The position numbers were made by a program, and so were the translations under genes. Below the pieces are notes generated by a model. That model was not told where the DNA came from. It worked only from the letters and a program-made list of their open reading frames with translations, and searched no databases. DNA of 64,000 nt from Gemmatimonas sp. (GTDB lineage Bacteria > Gemmatimonadota > Gemmatimonadetes > Gemmatimonadales > Gemmatimonadaceae): the NCBI GenBank assembly GCA_965279375.1, contig OZ257156.1, positions 3,936,001 through 4,000,000 of the forward strand, in the 5' to 3' direction. Positions 28,147 through 39,460 of the stretch are shown here, piece after piece. Every line of letters begins with the position of its first letter. Within the stretch, counting starts at the first letter, position 1.

Positions 28147-29838
28147 ATGGCTTCATACATCGCATCGCGCGTCCTTCGTGGAAGCCTCGTCGTGGGCCGC
28201 GCGCTGGTCGCAGTCGCAACGCTTGCCAGCATCGCCAGCGCGCAGGCAGTTGCCGGAACCGGCGACGATGCAATCCCGATTCCCAAGGGCGGCTATCGAT
28301 TCCGGCTCGGCGGACTGTGGAACGACTACACCAACGTCTACGCTCCTGACGCCAATGGATCGCTCGTCTCGCGACCGCTGCTGGCCGGTCTAGCCACCGC
28401 GAGCCTCGGCACCAATCGGCTTCCCCAGCTCGCCAACTACGAGTCGGCGATTCGTTCGCTGAGCGCAGTCGCGAACTACAACCTCTCGCTTGGCACTTTC
28501 GAAGCGATCGGCGATGTCCGACAGAGCTCAGTCCCGTTGGCCCTAGATGTCGGTATCACGCGTCGCGTCTCGATCGGCATCGTCGTTCCCTACGTGGAGT
28601 CGCGCAATCGTTCGCAGCTCGTGCTGAATCGTGCGGGAACGAATGCCACCGCTGGACAGAACCCCGCTTACTCCGCCGCCGGCGCCACCGCGGCGCGCAC
28701 CATCAACGGCACCGTGCTTCGGCAGCTCGCCACGGCGTTCAACCAGCTGAGCGCCGAAGTCACCCGCTGCGCCGTCGCTACGGCAACCAACTGCGACGCC
28801 ATTCGAGCCAATCCCGCGGGCGCGCAGACGCTGCTGCAAAGGGCCCGGGCGGCGCAGACCGCCATCGCGCTCGTGTACGGCGACAGCACCCGCGCGGGCT
28901 CTCCGCTGGTGCCCATCACCGGCTCCGCTGTGCAAACGGCGATCGTCGCCAATCTCACGTCGATCGCTAGCGCGTTTCAGGGCTTCGGCGTGGGCAGTCT
29001 CCAAGCGGTCGCGCCCGCGTCTGCCAACGTCGTCTACGGTCCCGGCAGTCTCGCCGCCATCGCACGCGACTCCGCCTTTGGCTTGGGCTACAGCGCGATC
29101 GGCAACACGCGTCGCGCCGGTATCGGTGACATCGATCTGACGGCCACGGCGTTGCTCCACGACACCTTTGGCGCCGATCAGTACAAGCGGCTCAACAGCA
29201 CCGGGCGCGCGTGGCGTACATCGCTAACCGCGGGTTTCCGCTTTGGCACGGCCGGTGCGGATCGCGTGGAAGATCCGCTCGACGTACCCATCGGCGACGG
29301 CGCCAGCGCCATCCTGCTGCGCAGCACGACCGATCTGATCCTCAACAAGTTCTTCTGGATCAGTGGGACTGTCCGCGTTGTGCGTCCGCTGGGCGACGAC
29401 GTCGCCGTTGCCGTACCCGTGCTCACCGACACCTCGCTCTTCTTTTCGTATCGCACCGCCGTCGCGCAGCGCTCGCTCGGCCAGCGCACCGAAATCGAAA
29501 TCGCGCCGCGTCTGATGTTCGGACAGTTCTTCGGACTCTCGGGCGGCTACCTGCTGCGTCGTGTCGGCGAGGACAAGCTCGAGACATTGGTGCCGCCGAC
29601 GACACAGTCCTCAACCGCGTCCGGCGGTGAGTTTCTCACGCCCGCGCGCACGGTCCAGGCGCTGACGATCGCGGCCTCGTTCTCCTCGCTCGCCAGCTAC
29701 ATGCGCCGTGGTGCGAAATGGCCGCTGGAGCTGACCTTCACGCACACCGCACCGTTCGCGGCATCGGGCGGCATCTCGCCAATCTTCTCGATGGACCGAC
29801 TCGAGATGCGGATCTATCGCGGGTTTCCGCGGCGCTGA
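28147..29838 (+). CDS. Secreted / putative outer-membrane beta-barrel protein
   Basis: Signal peptide ending ASAQA; amphipathic strands (VGITRRVSIGIVVPYV, GIGDIDLTAT, EIEIAPR, RLEMRIY) with a long helical insert. Confidence 0.7.
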   Translation: MASYIASRVLRGSLVVGRALVAVATLASIASAQAVAGTGDDAIPIPKGGYRFRLGGLWNDYTNVYAPDANGSLVSRPLLAGLATASLGTNRLPQLANYESAIRSLSAVANYNLSLGTFEAIGDVRQSSVPLALDVGITRRVSIGIVVPYVESRNRSQLVLNRAGTNATAGQNPAYSAAGATAARTINGTVLRQLATAFNQLSAEVTRCAVATATNCDAIRANPAGAQTLLQRARAAQTAIALVYGDSTRAGSPLVPITGSAVQTAIVANLTSIASAFQGFGVGSLQAVAPASANVVYGPGSLAAIARDSAFGLGYSAIGNTRRAGIGDIDLTATALLHDTFGADQYKRLNSTGRAWRTSLTAGFRFGTAGADRVEDPLDVPIGDGASAILLRSTTDLILNKFFWISGTVRVVRPLGDDVAVAVPVLTDTSLFFSYRTAVAQRSLGQRTEIEIAPRLMFGQFFGLSGGYLLRRVGEDKLETLVPPTTQSSTASGGEFLTPARTVQALTIAASFSSLASYMRRGAKWPLELTFTHTAPFAASGGISPIFSMDRLEMRIYRGFPRR

Positions 29839-31565
29839 CGCGGAGCCGACGCGGCGCTCGCGGTTCCTGTGGCCTCAGTCGCTTGGACGGCTGAGGCCTC
29901 TTCGTTGCCACGAGCGAGCAGTTCACGCGCGTGTGCACGACTCACCTCACGATCCGCATCGCCACCCAGCATGCGCGCGATCTCCATCACGCGCGGCTCG
30001 TCAGTCACCACATCGGTATCGGCCGTGGTCACCGTACCCACCGCGCTCTTCCGCACGACGACGTGGTGATGCGCGCGGGCCGCGATCTGCGCGAGATGTG
30101 AAATCGCGAGCACCTGATGGTGCCCGGCAACGCGCCGCATCAACGCGCCCACCTGCCACGCCACGGCACCGCCCACGCCCGCATCCACTTCGTCGAAGAC
30201 GAGCGTGGGCACCTGCTGCAAGCGCGCGAGCACGGTGCTGAGCGCCAGCATCACGCGCGCGAGTTCCCCCCCGGACGCGATGCGGCCCAGGGTCCGAGCG
30301 TCGACGCCCGCGTTGAGGGCAGCGAGGAACTGCACCTGTTCCGCGCCGTGCTCGCCGATGTCCGCGAGCGGCAGCAGCGACACGATGAAATTCCCGTCGG
30401 GCATGCCCAGCTCCGGGAGCAGCACGCTTACCGCATTCGCGAGGCGCTGCGCTCCCGACTGACGCAACCGCGTCAGCTCGCTCGCACGTTCGGTGAGTTC
30501 CCCCTCGACAGTCGCGCGCGCCGCTCCAATCGCCTTGAGGTCGAGCGACCCGCCATCCACGAGATCGAGCTCTTCGCGCGCGGCACGTCCTGTCTCCTGC
30601 ACCTCCGGAAGCGTCGGCCCGTATTTGCGCAGCAGCGCATGCAGCACGTCGCGTCGTGATTCCAGCTTGCGCAAACGTGCGGGATCCGCCTCCACGCCTT
30701 CCGCGTACTCTTGCAGCTCACGCGCAAGCTCATCGAGCGCATACACCGCCCCGTCGAATGCACTCTGCCACCGCGCCGTCTCGGGATCGATGCGCGAAAG
30801 CCCCAGCAATGCGCGCCGCACCGCGCCCAATCGCGATAGCGCCGCATCTTCGTCACCGCTGATGGCCTCGGACGCCTGCGCGGCCATCGACTGCAGCTCT
30901 TCGGCGTGCGACAGCCGACGGATATCCGCGTCGAGCGAGTCCTCTTCACCAACCACGAGTGCCGCTTCTTCGATCTCGCGCGCAACGAAACGCAGATAGT
31001 CGGCGCGTCGCTCCGCATCCTGCCGACGCTTCTCGAGCTCGCGCTCGCGTGCACGCAGCGCCGCGAGTCGTTGATACGCATCACTCACGCTGTCGCGCAC
31101 CGCCTGAGCGCCCACGAAGGCATCCAGCAGGTCGCGCTGATGCTCGCCGTCGATCAGCTGTCGTGAGTCGTGCTGGCCGTGCACGCTCACCAGCTGCACT
31201 CCGACTTCGGCCAGCGTCGTCGCCGTGACCGTCGAGCCGTTGATCCATGCGCGCGAGCGTCCGTTGCTGCCGATTTCGCGCTTGAGCACGATGTGATCGT
31301 CGTCGACATCGATACCGCGCTCGTCGAGCAGTGCTCGCAACGCCGGCAGGCGCGATGCGTCGAACACACCTTCCACGGTCGCCTTCTCTGCACCGCTGCG
31401 AACACGATCGGCCGCTGCGCGCTCTCCCAGCAGCATGCCCAGACTGCCCACGATCAGCGACTTGCCCGCCCCCGTCTCACCGGTGAGCACGTTGAGCCCG
31501 CTGGCCAGTGGCAACGTGACGGCATCGATGACGGCAACGTTGCGGATGCGCAGTTCAACGAGCAT
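29814..31565 (-). CDS. recN: DNA repair protein RecN
   Basis: LTGETGAGKS, HGQH, ASGGELAR, FDEVDAGVGG, ISHLAQIAA, EIARMLGG. Confidence 0.97.
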   Translation of the reverse strand: MLVELRIRNVAVIDAVTLPLASGLNVLTGETGAGKSLIVGSLGMLLGERAAADRVRSGAEKATVEGVFDASRLPALRALLDERGIDVDDDHIVLKREIGSNGRSRAWINGSTVTATTLAEVGVQLVSVHGQHDSRQLIDGEHQRDLLDAFVGAQAVRDSVSDAYQRLAALRARERELEKRRQDAERRADYLRFVAREIEEAALVVGEEDSLDADIRRLSHAEELQSMAAQASEAISGDEDAALSRLGAVRRALLGLSRIDPETARWQSAFDGAVYALDELARELQEYAEGVEADPARLRKLESRRDVLHALLRKYGPTLPEVQETGRAAREELDLVDGGSLDLKAIGAARATVEGELTERASELTRLRQSGAQRLANAVSVLLPELGMPDGNFIVSLLPLADIGEHGAEQVQFLAALNAGVDARTLGRIASGGELARVMLALSTVLARLQQVPTLVFDEVDAGVGGAVAWQVGALMRRVAGHHQVLAISHLAQIAARAHHHVVVRKSAVGTVTTADTDVVTDEPRVMEIARMLGGDADREVSRAHARELLARGNEEASAVQATEATGTASAASAPRQRRGNPR

Positions 31566-31591
31566 TCAACGTCCGCGCTCGAGTGAGGAGA

Positions 31592-32461
31592 TCAGGCGTT
31601 CTCGCCGTCGCGCTCGGTCAGTCCACCCCAACCCAGCTTTCGCTTGAGGCGAGTGAAGAACGTGGTGCCGGGGAAACGCACGATGCGAACCGGAGACGCC
31701 GCACGACGAATCACGAGGGTCTCTCCGCTGGTGAACGTAGTGCCCACCTGTCCGTCGATCGTTACCAGAAGCTCCGCCGGCCCATCATCTGCACGCACGC
31801 GCACTTCCACCGATGGCGGGAGCACGAGCGGGCGCATCGCCAACGTGTGCGGCGAGACTGGCGTGAGCACGATGCTCTCCACCGTCGGCACGACGATCGG
31901 ACCTCCGGCTGACAGCGAATACCCCGTCGAACCGGTCGGCGTGGAAATCACGAGACCGTCGGCGGAGTACGAACCGATCGGCTCCTCGTCGACGAAGACC
32001 GAGAAGCGCACCACGCGCGCGAAGCCGCCCTTGTGCAGCACGACGTCGTTGAGCGACAGCCAATTGCACCGCTCCACGCCACTGCGATCGAGCGCACTCG
32101 ACGCGAGCGCCATGCGCGCTTCCGGCTCGAAGTCACCACGCGCGAATCGTCGCACGCCTTCCTCGAATTCCTCGCCGCTGCAGCTGGTGAGGAAGCCAAG
32201 TCGGCCGAGGTTGATGCCGAGAATCGGCGCCTCATAGCCGTTCAGAAAGCGCGCGCCGCGCAGCAGCGTGCCGTCACCGCCCAACGTGAGCAGGGCATCG
32301 ACCTGCTCGGGGTGCTCCAGGCGATCGCCCTCCTCGGCAATCTCCCAGAGCTCCTCTTCGAACGAGAGTTGCAGTCCCAGCTCCGGTGCGATGTCCAGCA
32401 ACGTGCCCAGGATTTGCGGCAACCCCACGTATCCACGGTGACCGACGACGCCGACGCGCAC
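31592..32461 (-). CDS. nadK: NAD(+) kinase
   Basis: LGGDGTLL, GINLGRLGFL, LND, DGLVISTPTGSTGYSLSAGGP. Confidence 0.96.
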   Translation of the reverse strand: MRVGVVGHRGYVGLPQILGTLLDIAPELGLQLSFEEELWEIAEEGDRLEHPEQVDALLTLGGDGTLLRGARFLNGYEAPILGINLGRLGFLTSCSGEEFEEGVRRFARGDFEPEARMALASSALDRSGVERCNWLSLNDVVLHKGGFARVVRFSVFVDEEPIGSYSADGLVISTPTGSTGYSLSAGGPIVVPTVESIVLTPVSPHTLAMRPLVLPPSVEVRVRADDGPAELLVTIDGQVGTTFTSGETLVIRRAASPVRIVRFPGTTFFTRLKRKLGWGGLTERDGENA

Positions 32462-34353
32462 TAGCCGGCCATCGCTTCAGACTCGTGCAACGCACGTACG
32501 CGATCGGCGATACCGACCGCATCCAGACCAAGCGAGGCGAGCTGCTTACCACGCGACGCCGAATACACGATGCGATCCGGCACGCCGTGGGTCGCCACGC
32601 GCACACTCGGCGCAAGATGCTGGATCGTCGCGCTCATGAAGGCGCCGAAACCGTTCACGACGGTGCCCTCTTCGACGGTGAGCACGTGCGTGTGATCGGC
32701 GAGCACGGCGTTCAGCGTGACTGCGTCGTACGGCTTGATGTAGCGGCAATTCACGACGGTGACGTCGAGCCCTTCCGCCGAGAGCGCTTCAGCCGCCGCG
32801 AGCGACGTGTTCACCATCGTGCCGACCGCGAGAATGGCAACCTCACGTCCACGACGCAGCACATCCCACGTGCCGAACGGCGTGGCCGGCACCTGCGAGA
32901 TGTCCGGCGCCGTGTCAGGCGACGCATCGCGCGGATAGCGCAAGCAGAACGGGCCGCCGGTGTACTCCACACCTGCGCGCAGCAGCGCGAGCATTTCCGT
33001 GGAGTCCTTGGGCGCCGTCACCACCATGCCCGGGATCGAGAGCATGTAGGCGATGTCGTAGAGACCCATGTGCGTCTCGCCGTCTTCACCAACGAGTCCC
33101 GCACGATCCATCGCGAAGACCACAGGCAAATGCTGCAGCGCACAGTCATGGATGATGTTGTCGTAACCGCGCTGCAGGAACGTCGAGTAGATCGTGACGA
33201 CAGGACGCAGGCCGCGTGTCGCCATGCCGGCGGCGAACGTGACCGCGTGTCCTTCGGCGATTCCCACGTCGAAGAAACGGTCGGGATACGTCGCGCCAAA
33301 GCTGCCCGTTCCGGTGCCGCTCGGCATGGCCGCCGTGATCACCACCATGTCCTTTCGCTCGGCGCCCAACGACGTCAGCGCCTTGCCGAACACCGCCGTG
33401 TATGCCGGGTTGGCCGTGGAGGCCTTGAGCTGCTTGCCGGTGGCCGGATCGTGGCCCGGCGGCAGCGCGTGCCACTTCTCGCCGCTTTCGCCGGCGGGAA
33501 ATCCCTTGCCCTTCTTGGTGATGACGTGCACGAGGCGCGGCGTGTTCATGTCGCGCACCGCGGTGAACGTTTCCATCAGCGCGTCGATGTCATGTCCGTC
33601 GATGGGGCCGAAATAGCGGAAGCCCAACTCTTCGAACAGCACGCCCGGCGTGAGGAACGACTTGACGCTCTCTTCCCACTTCCGCAGCAACGTACCCGAC
33701 GCCTTGAACGGGCCCGGCGCGTTGTCCACCAGATCGCCGATCTTGGAACGCAAGCGGTTGTACAGCGGGTTGCGCTGGATGGACGTGAGATACTTGTGCA
33801 TCGCGCCCACGTTCGGCGCGATCGACATCTCGTTGTCGTTGAGGACAACGATCATGTCGCGCTCGGAGTGGCCGGCGTTGTTGAGTCCTTCGTAGGCAAG
33901 TCCGCAGGAGAGCGCGCCGTCGCCGAGGATGGCCGCGACCTTGAACTGCTCGCCCATGACATCACGACCAGCCGCCATGCCCAGTGCGGCAGAGATGGCC
34001 GTGGCAGCGTGGCCGGCACCGAACGTGTCGTAGGGGCTCTCGGTGCGCTTGAGGAAGCCGGACAGTCCCTGCTCGGTGCGCAGCGACTCCATGCGGTCAT
34101 TGCGGCCCGTCAGCAGCTTGTGCGGGTAGGCCTGATGTCCGACGTCCCAGACGATCTGGTCGCGCGGCGTATCGAACACGGCGTGCATCGCGATCGTGAG
34201 CTCAACAACTCCGAGTCCGGCTCCGATGTGACCGCCGGTGCGCGAGCAAACGTCGATCAGACGTGCGCGCATCTCGTCGGCGAGCGTACGGAGCTCGTCG
34301 CGCGTGAGTTGCTTGAGGTCGGCCGGGGACTGGATGCCTTCGAGAATGGCCAT
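32461..34353 (-). CDS. dxs: 1-deoxy-D-xylulose-5-phosphate synthase
   Basis: GGHIGAGLG, WDVGHQAYPHK, GDGAL, LNDNEMSI, FDVGIAEGHAV, YSTFLQR, DRAGLVGEDGETH. Confidence 0.97.
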   Translation of the reverse strand: MAILEGIQSPADLKQLTRDELRTLADEMRARLIDVCSRTGGHIGAGLGVVELTIAMHAVFDTPRDQIVWDVGHQAYPHKLLTGRNDRMESLRTEQGLSGFLKRTESPYDTFGAGHAATAISAALGMAAGRDVMGEQFKVAAILGDGALSCGLAYEGLNNAGHSERDMIVVLNDNEMSIAPNVGAMHKYLTSIQRNPLYNRLRSKIGDLVDNAPGPFKASGTLLRKWEESVKSFLTPGVLFEELGFRYFGPIDGHDIDALMETFTAVRDMNTPRLVHVITKKGKGFPAGESGEKWHALPPGHDPATGKQLKASTANPAYTAVFGKALTSLGAERKDMVVITAAMPSGTGTGSFGATYPDRFFDVGIAEGHAVTFAAGMATRGLRPVVTIYSTFLQRGYDNIIHDCALQHLPVVFAMDRAGLVGEDGETHMGLYDIAYMLSIPGMVVTAPKDSTEMLALLRAGVEYTGGPFCLRYPRDASPDTAPDISQVPATPFGTWDVLRRGREVAILAVGTMVNTSLAAAEALSAEGLDVTVVNCRYIKPYDAVTLNAVLADHTHVLTVEEGTVVNGFGAFMSATIQHLAPSVRVATHGVPDRIVYSASRGKQLASLGLDAVGIADRVRALHESEAMAG

Positions 34354-34418
34354 GGCTGATATCGGGTGTGGCGACGCGGTCGACAGACCGTGCTGGTAGG
34401 TACTGCGAAAACTGCAGA

Positions 34419-35336
34419 TCAGGAACGACGTTCGACAATGAAGCGCGCGAGCTGCTCGAGCGTCGGAGTCAACAACCCCTCCTCCGCCAGCGCCGCGCAC
34501 CCTTCCTCCACCAACGCTACTGCACGCTCAACGGCTCCCTCGACCCCAAGGAGCGCAGGATAGGTGCTCTTCTGCAAATCCAGGTCACGTCCGGCCGTCT
34601 TCCCCAACTCGTCGGTCGTAGCGGTCACGTCTAACACGTCATCGGCAATCTGAAAGGCGAGGCCGATCGCCTCGCCGTAGCACGCCAACGCCCCGCGACG
34701 TGCTTCCGTGGCCAGAGCGGCACGCGCGCCAAGAGACACCGACGCCGTGATCAGCGCACCGGTCTTGAGGCGATGGACGCGTTCCAGGGCGTCGAGAGAG
34801 AGGTGCACTCCCTCCGCTTCGAGATCGAGCAGCTGCCCGCCGATCATCCCGCCGCCGCCCGAGGCGTCCATCAAATCGCGCACGATTGCGCCTGCCACGT
34901 CATCCGGCAGGCCAAGCGCCTTGGCGGCGTGCCAAGCGCTTCGCGCGGCCAGCGGTACCATCGCCAGCCCTGCCGCCGTCGCCACGGGCACCCCGTACAC
35001 GCGATGCACAGTCGGGCGACCACGACGCACGTCGTCGTCATCCATGCAGGGCAGATCGTCGTGCACGAGCGAATACGCATGCACCACTTCCACGGACGCA
35101 GCGAGATCCCGCGCATCGGCTGTTCCGCCACAGGCACGGTACGCCTCCAGCAGCAGAATGGCGCGCAACCGCTTGCCCTCGCCCAGCAACGAATAGCGAA
35201 TCGCTTCCGCGATCAGCGGCGGCAGGTTGCCCAGCCAGCGCGCGCAGAAGCCGTCCAGCGACTGCTGGACGGCCGTCCGCTCCGTCGCAAAGGACGGCGG
35301 CGCCATCGGAGTTGGCTCAGTTCCAGACACGGTCAC
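34419..35336 (-). CDS. ispA: Farnesyl/geranylgeranyl diphosphate synthase
   Basis: GKRLR, SLVHDDLPCMDDDDVRRGRPT, GQLLD, KTGAL, FQIADDVLD; start at 35336 or 35306. Confidence 0.93.
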   Translation of the reverse strand: MTVSGTEPTPMAPPSFATERTAVQQSLDGFCARWLGNLPPLIAEAIRYSLLGEGKRLRAILLLEAYRACGGTADARDLAASVEVVHAYSLVHDDLPCMDDDDVRRGRPTVHRVYGVPVATAAGLAMVPLAARSAWHAAKALGLPDDVAGAIVRDLMDASGGGGMIGGQLLDLEAEGVHLSLDALERVHRLKTGALITASVSLGARAALATEARRGALACYGEAIGLAFQIADDVLDVTATTDELGKTAGRDLDLQKSTYPALLGVEGAVERAVALVEEGCAALAEEGLLTPTLEQLARFIVERRS

Positions 35337-35343
35337 GTCGCGT

Positions 35344-35556
35344 TCAGGCCCCCAGCTCCGCCACCGAAAACGACCCATCGGCGGCTTCGACCAACTGCTG
35401 CACACGAGCATCCACCTGCTGCAACGCCGAGCCGGCACTGCGCAGATGCGCGATGCCCTCCTCGAACAACGCCAAGGCGCGATCGAGCTCGACATCGTTG
35501 CGCTCCAGATCGCGCACAATCTCTTCGAGCCGCAACAAACTCTCTTCGAACGTCAT
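35344..35556 (-). CDS. xseB: Exodeoxyribonuclease VII small subunit
   Basis: FEESLLRLEEIVRDLE...LDRALALFEEG; between xseA and ispA. Confidence 0.95.
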   Translation of the reverse strand: MTFEESLLRLEEIVRDLERNDVELDRALALFEEGIAHLRSAGSALQQVDARVQQLVEAADGSFSVAELGA

Positions 35557-36788
35557 GCCGACTCCGTCCGGGGATACGTGGGCACGCCCTCTGGCAGCGC
35601 GCGCGACTCGCCAGCTACGGCGCGCACGATGCCATCTCGGAGCCAGAGATCGAACGGCATCCCCGACTCGAACTGCCCTCTGTTGCTCAAAGTAGCGCCC
35701 TCAGGCAATCGCGCCACCGCAAATCCGCGTGCCAACGTCGCCAGTGGTGAGAGAGCGTCGAGACGACCGGCGAGCGATTCGAGACGTGCACGCCGGCGCT
35801 CCACGAGTCGTCCGGCCACCAACGACAGTCGCTTCTGCACCTGCGCCAACGAACTGATCGCGCGATCCTCGCGCCGCTGCGCGGCAGCAGCGAGACGCTT
35901 TCCCAGCGACTCGACGCGCGCAATCGTCTCGCGGCGTGACGGCACGGTCAGTTCGGCGGCGGCTGACGGGGTCGCTGCGCGCACGTCCGCGACCAAATCG
36001 CAGATGGTAACGTCCACTTCGTGCCCCACCGCCGAGACCGTCGGCAGCGGGCAGGCCGCCAGCGCCCGGGCCACCCGTTCGTCGTTGAACGCCCACAGAT
36101 CTTCGCGGGCGCCGCCGCCACGCCCGATGATCAGCACGTCCGCGCCTCGCCAACGGGACACTTGCCCGATCGCCGCCACCAGCGATTCGGGAGCGCCCTC
36201 GCCCTGCACCTTGGCTGGCACGATCACGATCTCCACGTCGGCACTGCGCGCACGGGCGACGGTGATGATGTCGTGAATCGCTGCGCCATCGGGGCTCGTG
36301 ATGACCGCAATCCGCCGCGGGAACTGCGGCAGAGGGCGCTTTCGCGCCGGATCCAGCAGACCGTCCTTCTCGAGCCGCGCGCGAGTCTGCTCCAGCGCCT
36401 TGCGCCAAAGCCCGGCGCCCTCCGCTTCCAACGCCGTCACCGAGAACTGCAGATCGCCGCGCACCGGCCAGACGGTCATCTGCCCCTTGGCGAGCACCTG
36501 CATTCCGTCGTCCGGCGGCGCGGGCATGCGACGCTGCGCCGAGCTCCAGACCACGCACTTCACCTGCGCATCCGCATCACGCAGGGCGAAATACCAGTGT
36601 CCGTTGCGATGCGCTTTGAAATCGGTGATCTCGCCGCGCACCCAGAGCGGCGGGAACGCCCCCTCGATCAGGTCCTTGGCCGCCGTGGTCAGCGTGTGCA
36701 CCGCGATTGCCGCCTCAGGCGTGCTTCCCGGGGACGCGTCCGCTGCGGGCGCTGAAGGCCCGTACCCTGACGTGCGACGGCCGGCCAT
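35553..36788 (-). CDS. xseA: Exodeoxyribonuclease VII large subunit
   Basis: WVRGEI, GHWYFALRD, ITSPDGAAIHD, VQG, RGGG.REDLWAFNDE, VGHEVD, ATPSAAAE. Confidence 0.97.
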   Translation of the reverse strand: MAGRRTSGYGPSAPAADASPGSTPEAAIAVHTLTTAAKDLIEGAFPPLWVRGEITDFKAHRNGHWYFALRDADAQVKCVVWSSAQRRMPAPPDDGMQVLAKGQMTVWPVRGDLQFSVTALEAEGAGLWRKALEQTRARLEKDGLLDPARKRPLPQFPRRIAVITSPDGAAIHDIITVARARSADVEIVIVPAKVQGEGAPESLVAAIGQVSRWRGADVLIIGRGGGAREDLWAFNDERVARALAACPLPTVSAVGHEVDVTICDLVADVRAATPSAAAELTVPSRRETIARVESLGKRLAAAAQRREDRAISSLAQVQKRLSLVAGRLVERRRARLESLAGRLDALSPLATLARGFAVARLPEGATLSNRGQFESGMPFDLWLRDGIVRAVAGESRALPEGVPTYPRTESA

Positions 36789-36792
36789 GCGC

Positions 36793-37692
36793 CTAGACCG
36801 ACGCGTTCGCGTCGAGCGTGCGGGCTGCTGCCCGTACCGTGTTCTTGAGCAGCATCGCGATCGTCATCGGCCCGACACCGCCCGGCACCGGCGTGATTTT
36901 CGATGCCACCTCGACGGCGCTGTCGAAATGCACGTCGCCGCAGAGCCGCGAGCCGCTCGCCCGCGTTGCGTCCGCGACGCGATTCATCCCCACGTCGATC
37001 ACTACCGCGCCCGGCTTGATCATGTCGCCGGTGATCATCTCCGCGCGTCCGATGGCCGCGATCAGGATGTCGGCGCGACGCGTGTGAAAGGCGAGGTCCT
37101 TGGTGCGGCTATGGCAGACGGTCACGGTCGCGTCCGCGCCGGCGCGTCCCTGCACCAGCAACGCGGCCATCGGCTTGCCCACGATGTTGCTCCGCCCCAC
37201 GATCACCGCCTCGGCGCCGCGCGTCTCCACGCCACTGCGCACAAGCAGCTCGATCACGCCCGCTGGTGTGCACGACACGAATCCATCAGTGTGTCCAATC
37301 AGCAGCTTGCCCACGTTGATCGGATGGAAGCCGTCCACATCTTTTTCCGGCAGAATGTGGCGAATCACCACATCCGGATCGATGTGCTTCGGCAACGGCA
37401 TCTGCACGAGAATGCCGTGCACGCTGCCATCCGCGTTCAACCGCTCCACGAGCGCCAGCAGCTCGGCCTGCGACGTTTCGGCAGGCAGCCGTATCGTTTC
37501 GCCCGCCATGCCCGCCGCGCGCGAGGCCTTCTCCTTGGCGCCCACATAAGTCGCGCTCGCCGCGTCCTCGCCCACGAGTACCACGCTCAGGCCGGGCACC
37601 ACGCCGCGCGCAATGAGTGCGGCGGTGTCGTGCGCGACCTCGGCGCGAATCGCCTCTGCGATCGCTTTGCCGTTGATCAACTCAGCGCGCAA
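36793..37692 (-). CDS. folD: Methylenetetrahydrofolate dehydrogenase/cyclohydrolase
   Basis: [47 protein letters not shown]. Confidence 0.97.
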   Translation of the reverse strand: MRAELINGKAIAEAIRAEVAHDTAALIARGVVPGLSVVLVGEDAASATYVGAKEKASRAAGMAGETIRLPAETSQAELLALVERLNADGSVHGILVQMPLPKHIDPDVVIRHILPEKDVDGFHPINVGKLLIGHTDGFVSCTPAGVIELLVRSGVETRGAEAVIVGRSNIVGKPMAALLVQGRAGADATVTVCHSRTKDLAFHTRRADILIAAIGRAEMITGDMIKPGAVVIDVGMNRVADATRASGSRLCGDVHFDSAVEVASKITPVPGGVGPMTIAMLLKNTVRAAARTLDANASV

Positions 37693-39259
37693 AGTCCACC
37701 GCCCGGCTCTCGCGAATCACCACTACCTTGATCTGCCCCGGATACTGCAGCTCGGACTCGATGCGGCGCGCGATCTCCTCGGAGAGCGCCGTCATGCGCG
37801 CATCATCCACCTGTTCCGGCGTGACGACTACGCGAATTTCGCGGCCCGCCTGAATCGCGAACACGCGTTCGACGCCACGATAGCTCGACGCGATCTTCTC
37901 GAGTCCTTCCAAACGCTTCACGTATGTCTCGAACGCCTCACGACGCGCACCCGGGCGCGAGCCGGAGATGCTGTCGGCCGCCTGCACGAGCACGGACACC
38001 TCGCTCTCGTGCGGCACGTCGTCGTGATGCGCGGCGATGCAATTCACCACCAGCGGGTTCTCGCCGTACTTGGTGGCGACTTCCACACCAAGTTGTACGT
38101 GCGTCCCTTCATGCTCGTGCGTGAGCACCTTGCCCACATCGTGCAGCAGCGCGCCACGCTTGGCCAGCGCCACGTCGAGCCCCAGCTCCGCCGCCATCAT
38201 CCCCGCCAACCACGCCACTTCCTTGCTGTGGTTGAGGATGTTCTGGCCATAGCTGGTACGCCAGCGCATGCGGCCGATGAGCTTGATGAGCTCGGGATGC
38301 AGTCCAGCAACGCCCACTTCGTAGGCCGCCTGCTCGCCCGTCTCCACGATCGCCACTTCGACTTCCTTGCGCGCCTTGGCGACGACTTCCTCGATGCGCC
38401 CCGGATGGATGCGACCGTCGCTCACGAGCTTCTCGAGCGCCAGCCGTGCCGTTTCGCGACGCACCGGATCGAAGCACGACACCACCACCGTATCCGGCGT
38501 GTCGTCGATGATCACGTCGACGCCGGTCGCCAGCTCGAACGCGCGAATGTTGCGCCCTTCACGCCCGATGATGCGACCCTTCATCTCATCGTTGGGCAGC
38601 GACACGGCCGACACCGTCGTCTCCGCTGTCGTCTCCGCCGCCACGCGCTGCACGGCCAATGCAACGATCTTCTTGGCCTCGCGTTCGGCATTCCGCTTGG
38701 CCGACTCGCGAATCTCGCGCAAACGACTCGCCGCGTCCGCCAGCGCCGTATCCTCCATGCGCCGCATGAGCTCGGCCTTCGCCGTCTCCGCCGTCAGCCC
38801 CGCCATCTGCTCCAGGCGACGCTTCCCCTCCTCAACCATCGACTCGATTTCCTGCTCGCGCTGCGCCGTGCGCGCTTCCCGTCGGCCGAGGTCACTGGTC
38901 CGCTTTTGCAGCTCCTGCTCGCGTCCTTCGAGCGAATCGCGCGTGCGGTCCAGCTGCCCTTCGCGATCCTGCACGCGCTTTTCCTCGCGCTCCACATCGC
39001 TGCGGCGCTGGCGTACTTCCTGCTCGATCGACTCGCGCAGCTGCAGAATCTCTTCCTTGCCGGAGACGACGGCGCCTTTGCGCAACGTCTCCGCTTCCCG
39101 ACGCGCCTCGTCGACGATACGCGTGGCCGTCTCGTCCGCCGTCGCCTTGGCACGGCGTTGCTTCTCCAACTCGGCCTTTCGCTCCAGCCGCTGTCCGGCC
39201 ACGAACGCAACGACAGCCGAGATCAGTCCCGCGACCAGCGCAGGGAGAAAATCAACCAT
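37682..39259 (-). CDS. rny: Ribonuclease Y
   Basis: N-terminal TM, coiled coil, KH domain ([14 protein letters not shown]), HD domain (LLHDVGK), QAGREIRV. Confidence 0.97.
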   Translation of the reverse strand: MVDFLPALVAGLISAVVAFVAGQRLERKAELEKQRRAKATADETATRIVDEARREAETLRKGAVVSGKEEILQLRESIEQEVRQRRSDVEREEKRVQDREGQLDRTRDSLEGREQELQKRTSDLGRREARTAQREQEIESMVEEGKRRLEQMAGLTAETAKAELMRRMEDTALADAASRLREIRESAKRNAEREAKKIVALAVQRVAAETTAETTVSAVSLPNDEMKGRIIGREGRNIRAFELATGVDVIIDDTPDTVVVSCFDPVRRETARLALEKLVSDGRIHPGRIEEVVAKARKEVEVAIVETGEQAAYEVGVAGLHPELIKLIGRMRWRTSYGQNILNHSKEVAWLAGMMAAELGLDVALAKRGALLHDVGKVLTHEHEGTHVQLGVEVATKYGENPLVVNCIAAHHDDVPHESEVSVLVQAADSISGSRPGARREAFETYVKRLEGLEKIASSYRGVERVFAIQAGREIRVVVTPEQVDDARMTALSEEIARRIESELQYPGQIKVVVIRESRAVDFAR

Positions 39260-39289
39260 CGGGATCTATGCTCCACCGCGTCGGGACGC

Positions 39290-39460
39290 GGATTCGATGT
39301 ACGCCGAAAACGGCTTTATGTGCGACAGGCTCGACCGCGCAACCAATGCCCGCGAGTCACCCACACGCCTGCGGTGATCCACGGGTTCGGCACGACAACG
39401 CCCTATGCGGTCAACGTACGGAAATGCTTGGCACACCGCAACCTGCGTGCCCTTGCCTGT
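39290..39460 (-). ncRNA. ssrS: Probable 6S RNA
   Basis: About 200-nt gap in the typical zapA-ssrS-rny position; nested complementarity on the minus strand (GACAGGC/GCCTGTC, GACCGC/GCGGTC, TCACC/GGTGA); boundaries approximate. Confidence 0.62.
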
